This document shows positions 46,014-58,700 of a DNA stretch of 64,000 nucleotides, one piece after another (the first letter of the stretch is position 1; every line of letters starts with the position of its first letter). The stretch spans positions 3,224,001 to 3,288,000 of the forward strand of contig NC_079239.1 of assembly GCF_027921745.1 (NCBI RefSeq). The letters are read 5' to 3'. Below the pieces are notes generated by a model. That model saw nothing but the letters and a program-made list of their open reading frames with translations. It was not told where the DNA came from and did not search any database. The position numbers and the translations under genes were made by a program. The DNA comes from Schizosaccharomyces osmophilus (taxonomy: Eukaryota).

Positions 46014-46422
46014 ATGTACACTTCCACATCAATTCTTACAGACTTTACACTGTCAATTTGTAAATCCGTACGAGAATTGTAAAAAAGAGATATTAATAAG
46101 GTGACCTGGTGAGAAGACACCTTCAATATCATTGTTTCTTTTAAAAATTTTGAATTTGAGAAGTGCTCGCTAAATTGTTAGATCGTAGATTGAGGCCGCC
46201 AGGTTTTCCTCCGTTTGTCCAAAAAACCCATTTGGAACGCGTCTTTTCACTTTTCTAATTGTAATTGAGCCAATAAAGGCTCTAGAGGCTTCTTGTTGAA
46301 GGAAACTTTAGATTGTTCAATAGAATTTACGCCACCGTTTCCCTGGAGCTGGCTGTCTTTAAGGAGTACGAGATATCTTGGGTTTGACCCTTCTGAGATG
46401 TGAACGGGTCTGTCTCAAAACA

Positions 46423-48588
46423 ATGCTTCGTGTACTTTCGAGTCAAGAATTTTATCAGGCGCTAGAGTCTGCCAGACGTGGCCGTACAGAATATGTACAC
46501 ATTTTTGATCTTCGACTTCGATCCAATTATATCCGTGGTCATATTAAAGATGCAATCAATGTGTCTCTGCCAAGTGCTTTGTTACGCCGTCCTTCCTTTG
46601 ACATTGGTAAAGCATTTGCATGCCTCAGTGGTTCCATAAAGATCACAGACTTAATTGATCTGTCGTGTCTTTTCATATACGATGCTGCAATTGCTGGTAT
46701 GAATCGTATTCATGATTTTGTTGATAAATTCCGTCGTGGAGGCTATTCCAATGACATTTATGTTTTGTCCTCAGGATTCGAAGAGTTCGCCAAATCTTGC
46801 CCTCAGAAAATCGACTATGATAGTCCATCACAGTCAATCGATTACTGTATGTTTGATGCCGTTATGCCAAGAAAAACAAAGGCGTTTGAGTTTCTTGACC
46901 CCACTCCCGCTTCCACAACAATTTCACCGGACTATAGTTTTCCACTTCGCGTCCCCATCAAAATTCCGACTCCCATTTTCTCTCCTTCCCTTACATCAGA
47001 TACATTTACCGAACGTTCAAATCAGTTAGAGTTTCCGGGCCTCGAAAACTTTGCTAGCCCTGCAACTCTTTCTCCCAGATCTCCGCATACTCAAAAACAT
47101 ACACCTCAGCTAATGCCTTCCACTAACGCTATTGTTCCTGCTCCATATGAGGTTCCGTATGTGCCGATATCTCCTTCGGTATCCCGTTTTTATTCTAACC
47201 CGATCACTCCGGTTGAAAATAAACTGAACCCGCTATCACCCTCCATGCCTCAAAAGTCCCCTTCGTCTAGACCTGCATTGCGCTCGCTGTTCTCATTTCC
47301 TTTAACCCCCCGAAGGCGGCCTCATGTGACGCGTTCTCGGAGTTCTTCTTCTTCTTCTTCTTCTTCTTCTTCTTCATACAACAGTATTGCTTCACCCCAG
47401 CATTCCCCTGCTCATCTACAGGTTCCTAGAAAAAACTCTGGAAATGCTACTTTTGAAAAAGTCGCAAACTCTGTAAAAATCCAGCCTAAAGATTTCTCTG
47501 AAAATATTCCAAGGGCAGGTAAGAGGTTTTTGCCAAAGAAGCCTGGTAGTTTACGAAGAAAGAATAAACCATCCTTTGGAAAGGATTTCGATGGAGTATT
47601 CTCTACAGCTGAAAATAAGAATACTTTTCCTAATCCTTGGGGATCTTTCAAACAAGCCACGCCTCCTCCAGCGGAAATGATGGCGGATTTGAATACAGCT
47701 TCAATATACTACAAATTCAAGCGTTTAGAAGAGCTCGAGCAAAAAAGACGTATACTATCCAATGATGCAAAATCAGATTGGTCTTGTTTAGCGTCTGGCA
47801 AGAATGTCCTTTTGATTCGTAAAAACCGCTACACAGATATTGTGCCCTATGACAAAACCCGTGTCCGTTTACACAACAAGGATGAAATTTTTGATTACAT
47901 TAATGCTTCGCATATATTTTTTGAACCTAATCATTACATAGCTAGTCAGGCCCCGCAGCTCGATACCCTAGTAGATTTTTGGGAAATGATCTGGCATAAC
48001 ATAGGCTCTGATGGGGTTATTGTGATGCTGACAGATTTATTTGAGGCGGGAAATGAAAAATGTTTGTTGTATTGGCCTGACACTACACATTCACCGATGC
48101 AGATTACGCCAACATTAGATGTGGAGTTAGTAGAGAAAACAACGCTCGATGATTTTCGGCTAGAATGTCGTGTTCTTCGTCTTCGAAATTCGTCTGAAGT
48201 CAAAGTTATCCGACATTTTTGGTTCCGTACTTGGACTGATGGAGGGTGCCCTGGTACAATAACCAAGGTAATTGATGCTGTAAAGTACATTAACAAAGTT
48301 TCAAATACTGGCCCTGTCTTTGTTCATTGTTCAGCTGGTGTTGGACGTACCGGAACGTACATTGCGCTTGCTCAGCTAGTTGGCATGCCTCCGAGTGCGT
48401 TGCCAAAGGCGGCGAATTTGGAGGATTCTCAGGATCTCGTATTTCAAGTGGTTAATACTTTACGATGTCATCGTATGAAAATGGTACAAACGTTCAATCA
48501 GTTTCGATTTTTATACTCCATTGCTAAACATTTATCGAACCCCTCGTTGGATATTGAAATGAGCCAGAAGGAAGGGTGTGGTTTATAA
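46423..48588 (+). CDS. pyp2: MAPK tyrosine phosphatase Pyp2
   Basis: Rhodanese-like domain (HIKDAINVSLPSALLRRPSFD), KNRYTDI and VHCSAGVGRTG motifs; first ATG 46423. Confidence 0.95.
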   Translation: MLRVLSSQEFYQALESARRGRTEYVHIFDLRLRSNYIRGHIKDAINVSLPSALLRRPSFDIGKAFACLSGSIKITDLIDLSCLFIYDAAIAGMNRIHDFVDKFRRGGYSNDIYVLSSGFEEFAKSCPQKIDYDSPSQSIDYCMFDAVMPRKTKAFEFLDPTPASTTISPDYSFPLRVPIKIPTPIFSPSLTSDTFTERSNQLEFPGLENFASPATLSPRSPHTQKHTPQLMPSTNAIVPAPYEVPYVPISPSVSRFYSNPITPVENKLNPLSPSMPQKSPSSRPALRSLFSFPLTPRRRPHVTRSRSSSSSSSSSSSSYNSIASPQHSPAHLQVPRKNSGNATFEKVANSVKIQPKDFSENIPRAGKRFLPKKPGSLRRKNKPSFGKDFDGVFSTAENKNTFPNPWGSFKQATPPPAEMMADLNTASIYYKFKRLEELEQKRRILSNDAKSDWSCLASGKNVLLIRKNRYTDIVPYDKTRVRLHNKDEIFDYINASHIFFEPNHYIASQAPQLDTLVDFWEMIWHNIGSDGVIVMLTDLFEAGNEKCLLYWPDTTHSPMQITPTLDVELVEKTTLDDFRLECRVLRLRNSSEVKVIRHFWFRTWTDGGCPGTITKVIDAVKYINKVSNTGPVFVHCSAGVGRTGTYIALAQLVGMPPSALPKAANLEDSQDLVFQVVNTLRCHRMKMVQTFNQFRFLYSIAKHLSNPSLDIEMSQKEGCGL
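47344..47373 (+). repeat. (TCT)10 coding microsatellite encoding poly-Ser in pyp2
   Basis: Ten perfect TCT codons within a run of 12 Ser. Confidence 0.9.
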
Positions 48589-48950
48589 CTGTACAATAAT
48601 TTTTAAGTTTCTTAAATTTTTTTTTTTAAAAAAAAAAAAAAAACAGAAAAAGTTTGCGAGCACAGCCTATATGTGTCTCTGTGCTTGAATAAGTGACGGC
48701 TTTGCATTCTTTGGCGCCGTTGCTCCTCTTAAAAGTTTGACTTTGATTAAGGTGGTTGTTATGATTCATTTTATTTATATTTTCATTCATGTGATTATCA
48801 TCATCATCATTATTTATTATGTACGACAAAAAACAAGAATAAACATATAGAAACTGCTGTTCATAAAAAGCATAAAACTAGGTATACAGAATAGACTGAA
48901 TAAAGATTTCATAAATTTTGTTATGGTTCGAACTTCAAATAAGGTCATTT

Positions 48951-49685
48951 TTACCCGTTGCTAGTAGCAGAAGATTGGGATCCCCCAGAGGCTCCAACTA
49001 GAAGTAAGAAAAAAATGGGAATAAGATATAGGCCAAAACGTTGTAAAAATGTCTTTTCCTCTGGTACTATTTCTGTGTCTTCAGTGTCATCGTTCGCCTC
49101 TGAGGATTTACCTTTTGTTTTCACGTCTTTGGGCAAAGGACGCTTCCTTTTTTTAGCGGCTGTAGAGACAGGTACCTGGGACTTTTGTTTGGGGGAAACT
49201 AAAACAGGCTCAGGAAAATCCGGATACATTAATAGGATGTCAGGTTTGGTTCCTTTGATTGAATCCTTGGCTATAGGTTTGAAGCTATGAACCACCTGAA
49301 CGACATCGCTCAGCGAATCCGGTGCTGCATTCTTTGAGGTATGTAAAATGAAACAATCCTTATAAGCATGATGTGACTCTAGCAATTGCCCCAGTCTATA
49401 GAAACTAGTACCTGCAGGCCAGTGGCCAGAATTTTCATTTCGATAACCGCATCGTAAAATGGAGGATGTTTCAAATTCTTGCAAATCAAATTCTTTTTTC
49501 ACAATATCAAATGTTAATTCAGGAAGGCTGATAGAACCATGGTCAAAATATTGGGTGCCTTTGTCGTTTGTAATGGAACAGACAATAGGAATCTTTTGAA
49601 TAGCTAAAGCGATTTGCATAGACGCTAGGCAGATAATAATTTTAAAAAACTTGTTTTTTAGAGAATCATGCTGCCAAGGAGTCAT
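48951..49685 (-). CDS. emc10: ER membrane protein complex subunit Emc10-like (signal peptide, C-terminal TM)
   Basis: N-terminal hydrophobic signal; PEEKTFLQRFGLYLIPIFFLLLVGASGG resembles the EKSFxxKYW + TM end of EMC10. Confidence 0.7.
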   Translation of the reverse strand: MTPWQHDSLKNKFFKIIICLASMQIALAIQKIPIVCSITNDKGTQYFDHGSISLPELTFDIVKKEFDLQEFETSSILRCGYRNENSGHWPAGTSFYRLGQLLESHHAYKDCFILHTSKNAAPDSLSDVVQVVHSFKPIAKDSIKGTKPDILLMYPDFPEPVLVSPKQKSQVPVSTAAKKRKRPLPKDVKTKGKSSEANDDTEDTEIVPEEKTFLQRFGLYLIPIFFLLLVGASGGSQSSATSNG

Positions 49686-50481
49686 GTTATGTAGAAAAAT
49701 CGAAAATAGATCGTTATGTAGGAAAACTTTTAGCTTGATGGAGAAGGCATATCAGTATCATAGCTGATTTTTCTTGTGTCGTTCTAAAGTTTGGAAAAAT
49801 TACGAGATGTTATTTTAATAAGGTGAAGCCAAAAAATAAAAATAAAAATAAAAAGAGAAACGTAAGAAAGAATCCGGGTTTCACCGCGAAACCAAAAACG
49901 AAACCGAATTCGAAAATGTCAATCACACCAGACGGGCAATGATGATTGCAACGCTTTTTTTTAAAAAAAACCTACTCATAAGAGCTCCTCTTGTTAATAA
50001 AACGAGTGCTGATCGAGACGTATTCAGGTCTTCTTTCTTGCAAAGTCTTTTCTGCAGCTATATGCAGAAAGGTCCTTCGTAAACTATTGATTCTCATCTT
50101 CCATTTAATTAGTAGAAATAACAAGTTTTTGTATTATTCATCTACTTTTCTTCGTTCTCCCTTTCAATGACTTTTGTTAGTTTGTTTACATCATATTGGA
50201 TGCTACATTAGTATGATATTGGTAAAGAAGGCGAGTTTACAGGTCAAACGAAGGAAAGAAGGGAAAAAGAGAAAAGAAATTAATATTCTAATAGGTCCTT
50301 TTCCTTTTTCTTAGTAGTGAGGCTAGCTAGCCAGAATTCCTTCAAGCGGTTACTTCTTGTCTTACAAGTGACAAGGAGTTTCTGAAGCGATTGAGAGAGG
50401 CCAGTTTTCACCAGTACAACACTTTTGGGACAACCTTTGGGAAAAAGTTGGAACTTAGAGTAAACAGTGAGTAAAACTAGG

Positions 50482-52074
50482 ATGAGCGTCCCTCCTGAAC
50501 GATTTATTCCAGGTGTCCATACTGTTGAGGAAATTGAGTCCCATCTTGCGAATCTTCGTGTATCAAAAAAAACATATGCACCAAAACCAAATTCTTCATA
50601 TAAGGAATTAACAAAGTTTTTTTGGGAATTTTACCACGAGATTAAGATTACTGACGAGGAAATTGCGCACAAGCGCGAAGCTATGAGAGTACTAAGCGAA
50701 TATTTACATCGAATATGCACAGGTATGGTAGCATAATGAAGCAGAATACCTCTGAAAATAATCAAAGCTAACATAAAAAGATGCCGTATTAGCGTCTTTC
50801 GGAAGCTTAGAAAGTGGATTTGCGTTAAAGAATTCAGATATGGACTTATGCGTGCTTACAGAATCTATGGAAGCAAGTGAACCGCTTGCTCCTCTTTTTT
50901 ATGAGGAACTTGTAAAAGAAGGTAATGAATTTATGCTTTAGAATCTGTGGCAAAGGATGCTGTTAAGTTTTTAAAGAATCAAGTTTGAAATGAAAGCAAT
51001 GTACTAACTATGCTTGTGAAGGATTTGAGGGAAAGTTTCTACAAAAAGCTAGAATTCCCATTATAAAATTGACTGGTGATGAAAAGGAACGATTTGGTTC
51101 GGGGTTTCAATGCGATATAGGTTTCAATAATCGCTTGGCAATTCACAATACAAAACTTTTATCTTCGTATTCTCGGCTGGATAGTAGATTTCGTCCCTTA
51201 ATGCTATTAGTGAAATACTGGGCCAAACAAAAACGGATCAACTCTCCTTATTTTGGGACTCTTTCTAGGTACGTTAAGGGAACTGCATTAGCCTTTTGTT
51301 TAATTTCTTTTCAATATACTCACATAGCAGTTACGGTTATGCTTTGATGCTACTTTACTATTTACTTCACGTTGTTAAACCGCCGATTTTTCCTAATTTA
51401 CAACAAGCACATTTGAAACAGGAGAAATTTGTGGAGGGTATGGAAATGATTACATATCATCAGCACTAACTGTTAGGCTTTAATGTTGGGTTCGATGAGG
51501 ATATTGAGCGGTACCCTCCGTCAAATAATATTAGCAGTTTAGGAAGCCTGTTGCATGGTTTTTTTCGGTATTATGCTTACAAGTTTGAACCAAGGGATCG
51601 CGTAATTACGTTTAATAGGCAAGACGGAGTTTTAACAAAACAAGAAAAGGGCTGGACATCGGCGGTAAGGAAGCTATTTATTAAAAGTCATTGTTCATTC
51701 TCTAACGTATATAGACTGAGCATACCGGATCAGCAGACCAAATCATCAAGGATCGTTATATATTAGCTATTGAGGATCCTTTTGAAACTACACATAATGT
51801 AAGCTTGCACGAATTGTTCGTCTGCCTCATCAAACTAACTCTTGCCTAGGTGGGAAGAACGGTCAGCAGTTCCGGATTATATCGTATACGAGGCGAGTTC
51901 ATGTCTGCTGCGCGGCTAATGAATTCGCGCATCTCTGGCTCTTACAAAGAGTTGTTCGAGCAAGCACCTTTACCTCCGCGACGATCAAAAAAGGTAGCTG
52001 ACGAGACGGAAGTATCTGGAAAAGAAGATGAAAATAATGAGAATCCAAAAGAAGCGGAACTTCCTCAAGCTTAA
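50482..52074 (+). CDS. cid1: Terminal uridylyltransferase Cid1; 7 exons (50482-50722, 50781-50921, 51022-51268, 51331-51437, 51477-51664, 51715-51798, 51850-52074), 410 aa
   Basis: FGSLESGFALKNSDMDLC, ARIPIIK, CDIGFNN, GTLSSYGY and IEDPFETTHNVGR motifs restored by six GT-AG introns. Confidence 0.95.
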
Positions 52075-52747
52075 TGAATGTGGTTTATGGAATTTGGGTA
52101 TAAAAGAAATAATCTGTCAAATTCGTTCTTTCGAGTCTCATAGGACTGTTGTTGCTATGCTATAATAACAGCAGTGATTATTCGATCATTGTTCTCATTT
52201 TGAGAGGACGCAACTTTGACTGGAAAAAATATGAAAAGGATATAAGGTTATAATGTTTTTTTTTTAAGATACGAATCATACAAGCATTACTGTACAATAC
52301 ATCAAAATAGAATGGTTTCAGACAATGCACTTACTAGAACAGAAGAAGAAAATGTATATTTAACTGTGAATCTGTTTTACTATGCATAATCATTGATAAC
52401 TGTTTATTGTAATTTCAGCAATTTTTCCATGAACAACTTCAAAAGAGATACTATATGCAACTGATCGTTCCATTGCATTAATTTATTTTCCGATAATGAA
52501 AGCTACCGTAAGCAGATTACTGAAAGTTTTAAAATATCACTCAACATCGCTATGTTTGCTTTAGCCATAGCTTCGGTATAATAAAGGCCTTCTACTAGTG
52601 CAGGATTACTTTAAAACACTACCATACATACAGCTGGGTGATACCCTTCTGTTTCGTTGGTACTGGTTTATTACGGTTTATTATATTTATTCAAAACAAT
52701 ATTGAGCTTTACATTTTTCGTTCATACACATTGTCATCCAAGACAAA

Positions 52748-55700
52748 ATGAGGATTACGAAAAGTCCTTCAAAAAATCCAAACTCCCAACCTCCGCCTTG
52801 GGTGCTTGAATTTATAAAAGAAATTCAAAATGAAAATACATGTCCATTCGAAAAAGTCGCTTCTCTTTGCTCAGATTTCCGCAAAAGAGAATGGACTTAC
52901 CCTCGTGGCGATTTATACTCATGGATTCCCGTGTTAAATCGATTTGATGCAATTTTAGAGAAAATGGTTGAAGATTACGGCTTAAAAACTAAGGTCCAAA
53001 GTCGCCCTTTTGACCCCTTGTCATACACTGTTTTGCTTGAAGTCTTAAAATTCTCGACCTATTTACTAAAACATTGCGCAAATCGCTCCATTTATAATTC
53101 GACAGCATATTTAGAACAATTGCTGAATAGTTCTGAATTGGAGATCTTAGACGCTACTTTGGGTTTGTTATTACATATTGTTCAAAAGGCAACGATTTCC
53201 AAGAGAGGAAAACAACTGTTCTCTTTATCACAGGATCGTTTGTTCCGCTTTCTTTCATTTCTTCCTCAAGAAGCTACGAAATCCGGGCTAGCCCAAAATT
53301 ATGAATCAATACTATTTCTTGATGATATCCCAGCTCCATGGTGCTCATTAGAGTTTTCATATTATAAGAGCTCTCCTTCTACAGTTTCCGACTCTTCCAA
53401 AACCGTATCGCCTACTCCCTCTCCGTCAGAAGGTTTGCGTGTCTTGAAAGTGTCTCAAGAGGAAATGTCAGTAAAGCCGGTGCACGATTTACTCGTTCAG
53501 TTGTCAACCGAAAATCAAATTCCTGAACAGTATGCTGCTGATTTGCTTATATATCTTTTGCTTCATAAAAATTTACCTGATCTTAATAAGCGAAGGGCAA
53601 TGGTCCGCATTGGATTATTGGCTCTTTCAAACTTGGTTTATGCTCATTCACAAGCTGTGCAATCACGCTTTATGTTAGCGGATCCTGAAATTACAACTCA
53701 TCTAGCAACTCTTGTTTCCATGGATACAAAACTTCCACAGGAGTTTAAGGCTGTGGTTTTTGAATGCTTCAAAGCGTTCTTTTTCCGGAAAAATATGGTA
53801 CCTTCCGTGTTAGCCGCTCTCAATGTTTCAGTTAGTTATGGTCTAATGATGAATCTGGTTCGCGATTTTTCGAATAATCTATCTGATGAAAATTTTGAGT
53901 ATAATCGCGAATACGTTGATAGTTTCTATGATTTTCTCCAGTTTATGGCCACTTCACCTTTGGGTGGGAACATGGCCTGTTCAGCGGGTTTGACGTCTCT
54001 TTTGGGTCATCATTTATCACTTAAGAGTCCACGTGCGTTGTATGTTGTTTCCAGATCAGTTTCCATGCTTGATCATCTTATTGATGGCTATTCTATGGCC
54101 TTCCCTGATTTTTCAGAGTCCAAGGGTTTGGATCTATTGGTAAATCGGTTGCAATATGAATTAGAGGCCGCTTTGGATGATGTGAAGTCTGGCAGAGGAA
54201 ACACAGAAATTTTTTTGAATATGGATTACGCCATTCCATATGATCGTTACTTTTTACTGAAGAATTTATTGAAGTTTATTCTGCATTTGATCCAAACTGG
54301 TGGATCTGTTGTAGAGCTTCGTAACCTTATTGATTCTTCTCTTATTTCTTCACTTGCTTTCCTTCTAGATCATCATGAATTATTTGGATCTAATTTGTTT
54401 GCTTCGGCGACAAATATAATGTCTACCTTCATTCATAATGAACCTACTTGTTATGGTATTATTCACGAGAAAAAACTTTCGCATTCGTTCCTGGAAGCTG
54501 TAAATAGGCGGATATTAAATTCGTCTGATGCAATTACTTCAATTCCTTTGGCTTTTGGTGCAATTTGTTTAAATTCACAAGGCTTCAATTTATTTTTAGA
54601 AAAGAATCCTGTTCCTCATTTCTTCACTGTGTTTACATCCTACAATCACTGCAAAGCTTTAACATCCAGCGACAATGCAGCTATTTTAGGGACGTACATA
54701 GATGAACTTATGCGCCATCAGCCGTTTTTGAAAGATAGTATCGTTAAGATGATTTTTGAAACCGTAGATAAGGTTTGCGATCTTCTCCGTACCTTCAACC
54801 CTTTGGATTATATTGGTGCGACTGATTTTCCTTATTTGGTATTTTTCGAGACGTTTTCTAGTTTCTTAGAAAATATCATATCTAACGAAGGTCATGCAAA
54901 AAATCTTATGTCTAAAGGTATTATTTCTCATATTCTTAAACTCATGCAAGTTCCTGTGTTAGCTTATGGATTTGTCGATTCGTCTGCGTTCAATACTTTA
55001 TTTGTTCTTTTGCATCATATTATTGATTTCGATGCAGCAGAAGTCTTTCGTCCTCTATTGGATTGCATTATGTTCAATTGTGAGAATAGTAATGTTGAAC
55101 AATCGCTAAATCCAATAAATACAATTGTTAATGGCCAACTTAGTGGACAACTGGTTGATTTGCAGAATTCTGAAATTTTCTTTCAATTTACCATAATCGG
55201 TAATTTGATTTCGATGTTTTCTGAATTATTTTCGTCATATGCCGCATTAAAAAAGGCTGGCAACCTACCGCTAGTTCAGCTTTTTATAAGTCCTTCTCGC
55301 TATGCTGGCGTCTTTGATATTTTGTGTAACATTAAAAACCTTTCTACGAGTGTAGATGTTTTTCTCTGTTCTCATGTTTCGAGTGACTATGCCCTTTGTT
55401 GTGGCTCATTGGTATCGGTTGCTGCTGATAAAAAGGAGAAAGAAAATCTTGAAGCCAAGAAGCGAGACTTGAAGGAAGATTTTTCCTTTAACAAGTTTAA
55501 GAATATTCGCACAAACTTTACTCAAACGACGTACAGTATATCCAAGTTCTTCACATCTTTAACTCGAGCTTTGGGCAATTCAAGCATTCAAGACATCAAT
55601 GAATTCAAGGGCATATACAAGCTCGGTAGCAACATAGCTCTTGTCGTTGATGAATTGGTTGGTATGGCTTGTAATCAAATCCTAAACCATGAAGGATTAC

Positions 55701-58700
55701 CCGATGAACTCGCCTTGCATGTTTCTTTGATGTCTATACTCGATGCCTCAGCAATAATTCGAGAGGATGATTCTAAAGTTACGCTCACTCTTTTAATCAG
55801 TCGAATTTTTGCTGGCTCTCAAACACTTCAATTACTACTGAAGCTGTCGGAGCGAGTAATAAGCTATTTTGCCCTTGTAGGAGAAGAAACAACGCCTCGG
55901 ACAAACCGTATTCTATTGGCATTGTCTTCAACCCTACTAAACTTAGTACTAATTTTAACAAGTGCTGATTTTATTTCGGAAACAGAGAAGCCCCTGAACT
56001 TCTCTTTGAAACTTCAGTTAGATAATAATGAGCTCAGTGATTGTGGAGCTAAGCTCATGCATTTACTTCAAGCTCATTCCTTTTTAACAATGGTTAAAAT
56101 ATGGGAGTCGTCTGCTGATTACCGATTGCCGTACATTACGAAGGCACTAGTCACGAATGTATTGTCCAATTGTTTCCAATTTGAGGAAGGTATAAAGTCT
56201 CTTTCGGAGACCGCTCAAAACAATCTTCCTGAGTCTCACAATCAATCCAATGAAGAAAAAGGTTCCAAGCTTAGTGACACTGTAAATGACGAAACGCTTC
56301 TTAACTTGCTAATCAGTGAAGTCCCTTCTAATATGGTTACAGAGTTTAACGACTTTAAATCTAGACTTGTCAAAACTTGTGTATCATTATCATCTTTCGA
56401 AGGTGATGTAAATCAAAGTCTTTGTGATTTGCTATACTCTGGTGATGAAGTTCAAATGAATTCTGATCTTCAGCTTGATACCACAATGGCAATGGTTAAA
56501 GAGATCAAATTCCTTTCATCGTTGGATAAAGGTGATTCTCGGATTATTCAGTTTGGGCCTGCTATTGGTTTGCTTTCTCTGTTTGTGAGTCACGATTTCA
56601 CTCAGAATAAAGCGAAGAATTACCTACTAGAAGAGTTGGATTTCTTGTTGAATGCGTTCGAGTCTATGCGTCAATGTTTTGAGCAGGATGTTAATGCTAC
56701 TTGGGTGGTTTCCATTTTGTTTTTATTGGAAGTATTGTTAACAAATTCAAGAAAGCCAGATGAGTTCGAGTTTAACTCCAAAGACTGCTCATTAAAGCTT
56801 ATTGATGGCTCAATTTCTATAAACCATACTGCTCAGCAGAAGATACTGGTTTCCTTGATAAATTTAATGAAGCAGTACAGTTCAAACCTGGGTGTGGTGA
56901 CATCGGCCATGAGATTGACTTTACTAGTAACTGCTAGCTATGACATGGTACATGTGTTTATTGATTCCAATGGTTTGGAAATTTTATTTGTTGCTATGAA
57001 ATCCTGTGCTTCTGTCTGCAATGAAGCATTACACATTCCTTTTATCAGTATATTAAGAAGGTTGTTGGAATCTGAAAGGGTTATTGAACTTATCATGTTT
57101 GATGACTTACGAAATATATTTAAGTTACAAGGCAGAGCTCGTAAAACCGAGCTTCTTAATTTTATAAGAACGAATTCTGAAATGGTTTTGCGTTCACCTG
57201 ATGCTTTCCAGAAAATGATCAAGGAAACTTGTCAGTTAGCTCATTTCGCACCAAATGCCGATCATCATTACTTAGAATTGAAGGAAAATCTGCCGGAGTC
57301 ATACAGCAAAGACCAGATAAATTCTGATGCTTCTTTAATGTCGCAAACTAGCTCTAAAGTGGTATCTTCTCTGTTGGATGAGATAATGGAGACGGTGGAT
57401 TCCCGGCGGAAAACTCAAAAAACCGCAGATGCTGAATTTAATCCCGAATCTGATCCTATGTACATGTATAATGTATTTCTTTTACAATGTCTAACTGAGT
57501 TGTTATCTGGATACGACTCATGTAAAAAGTGCTTTATGGAATATCAGCCCAAACGCAAATCGTCTTTTTTCTCACTTTCTCGCAAATACAACTCTTACCT
57601 TGTTGGCTTTTTCCTCGAAAAGTTGTTACCCTTCGGCAGCATACGTTTATCAGAGGATAATGAAATCCGTAAAGCTTTTTCTGTTTCTAACTGGGCCATT
57701 TCCATATTGGTTTTCTTATGTGCATACTCGAATGATCAACAGACGGATGTCGTTGATGAACTTCGTCGTGAAGTTTTGTCCTGCGTCTTGAAATTTTACA
57801 GATCTAGTTCTGTTAATTCCGAAAGCTTGGAATCCTATTATTGTAAATTATTAGTCGTCGCTGAACTTTGCTATAGGCTGGGTGATGCGCAAACCGTTTC
57901 ACAGAAAGCGCCAAACCATTTATTGCGAAAATCACAGGATGTTAACATCAAAGCAATGATTGACCTTGGTTTCATTCCAGCTTTAACCAGCGCTACTTCT
58001 GAAATTGATATGAATTATCCTGTTTCCAGAAAAGTAATTCGTCATATTCTGAGGCCTCTTCAATTATTGACGAAGGAAGCTATATTCTTAAGTCAAACAA
58101 ATCCAGATAGTTTATCAGGGAATATACAGGAGGCTGAAACCGATGAGTCCGTTAGTGATGATTCTGAAGAATCTGAGGGTGACGAGCCTCCAGATCTTTA
58201 TCGGAATTCTGTGCTTGGTATCTTCCAAGGTGACATTGCGAATGAAAATGAAGATAATTATGAAGGTAGTGAGGATGACGACGTATATGAGGAAATGGAC
58301 TTTGAGGACGAACAATCAGGAAGTCCTGGAAGTGTTGTTAGTGATGATGAGAATGACGATACCATGTACAGTGATAACAATGACATGAATATTGAATTTA
58401 TGGTCGATGGGGACCAAGACGGTTCTGATCAGGAGGATTCAAGTTCGTATGATGATGACGAATCTAGTCATGGAGATATCATTTCAATTGATGAAGAAGA
58501 CATCGACAACACCGGAGAACCATACGAATGGGAAGACGAAGGGAACGAAACGTCAGATTTTGAACATGATGAAGAATTTAACGATCAGGACGAAGAAAAT
58601 GGCTCCACTACATTTGAAGCAATGGAAAATGCTTTTACAGAAGCTTCTGATGACGAGAATGAGGATGAAGCCATAGATCATGTCAGTCCAGTGGAAATTG

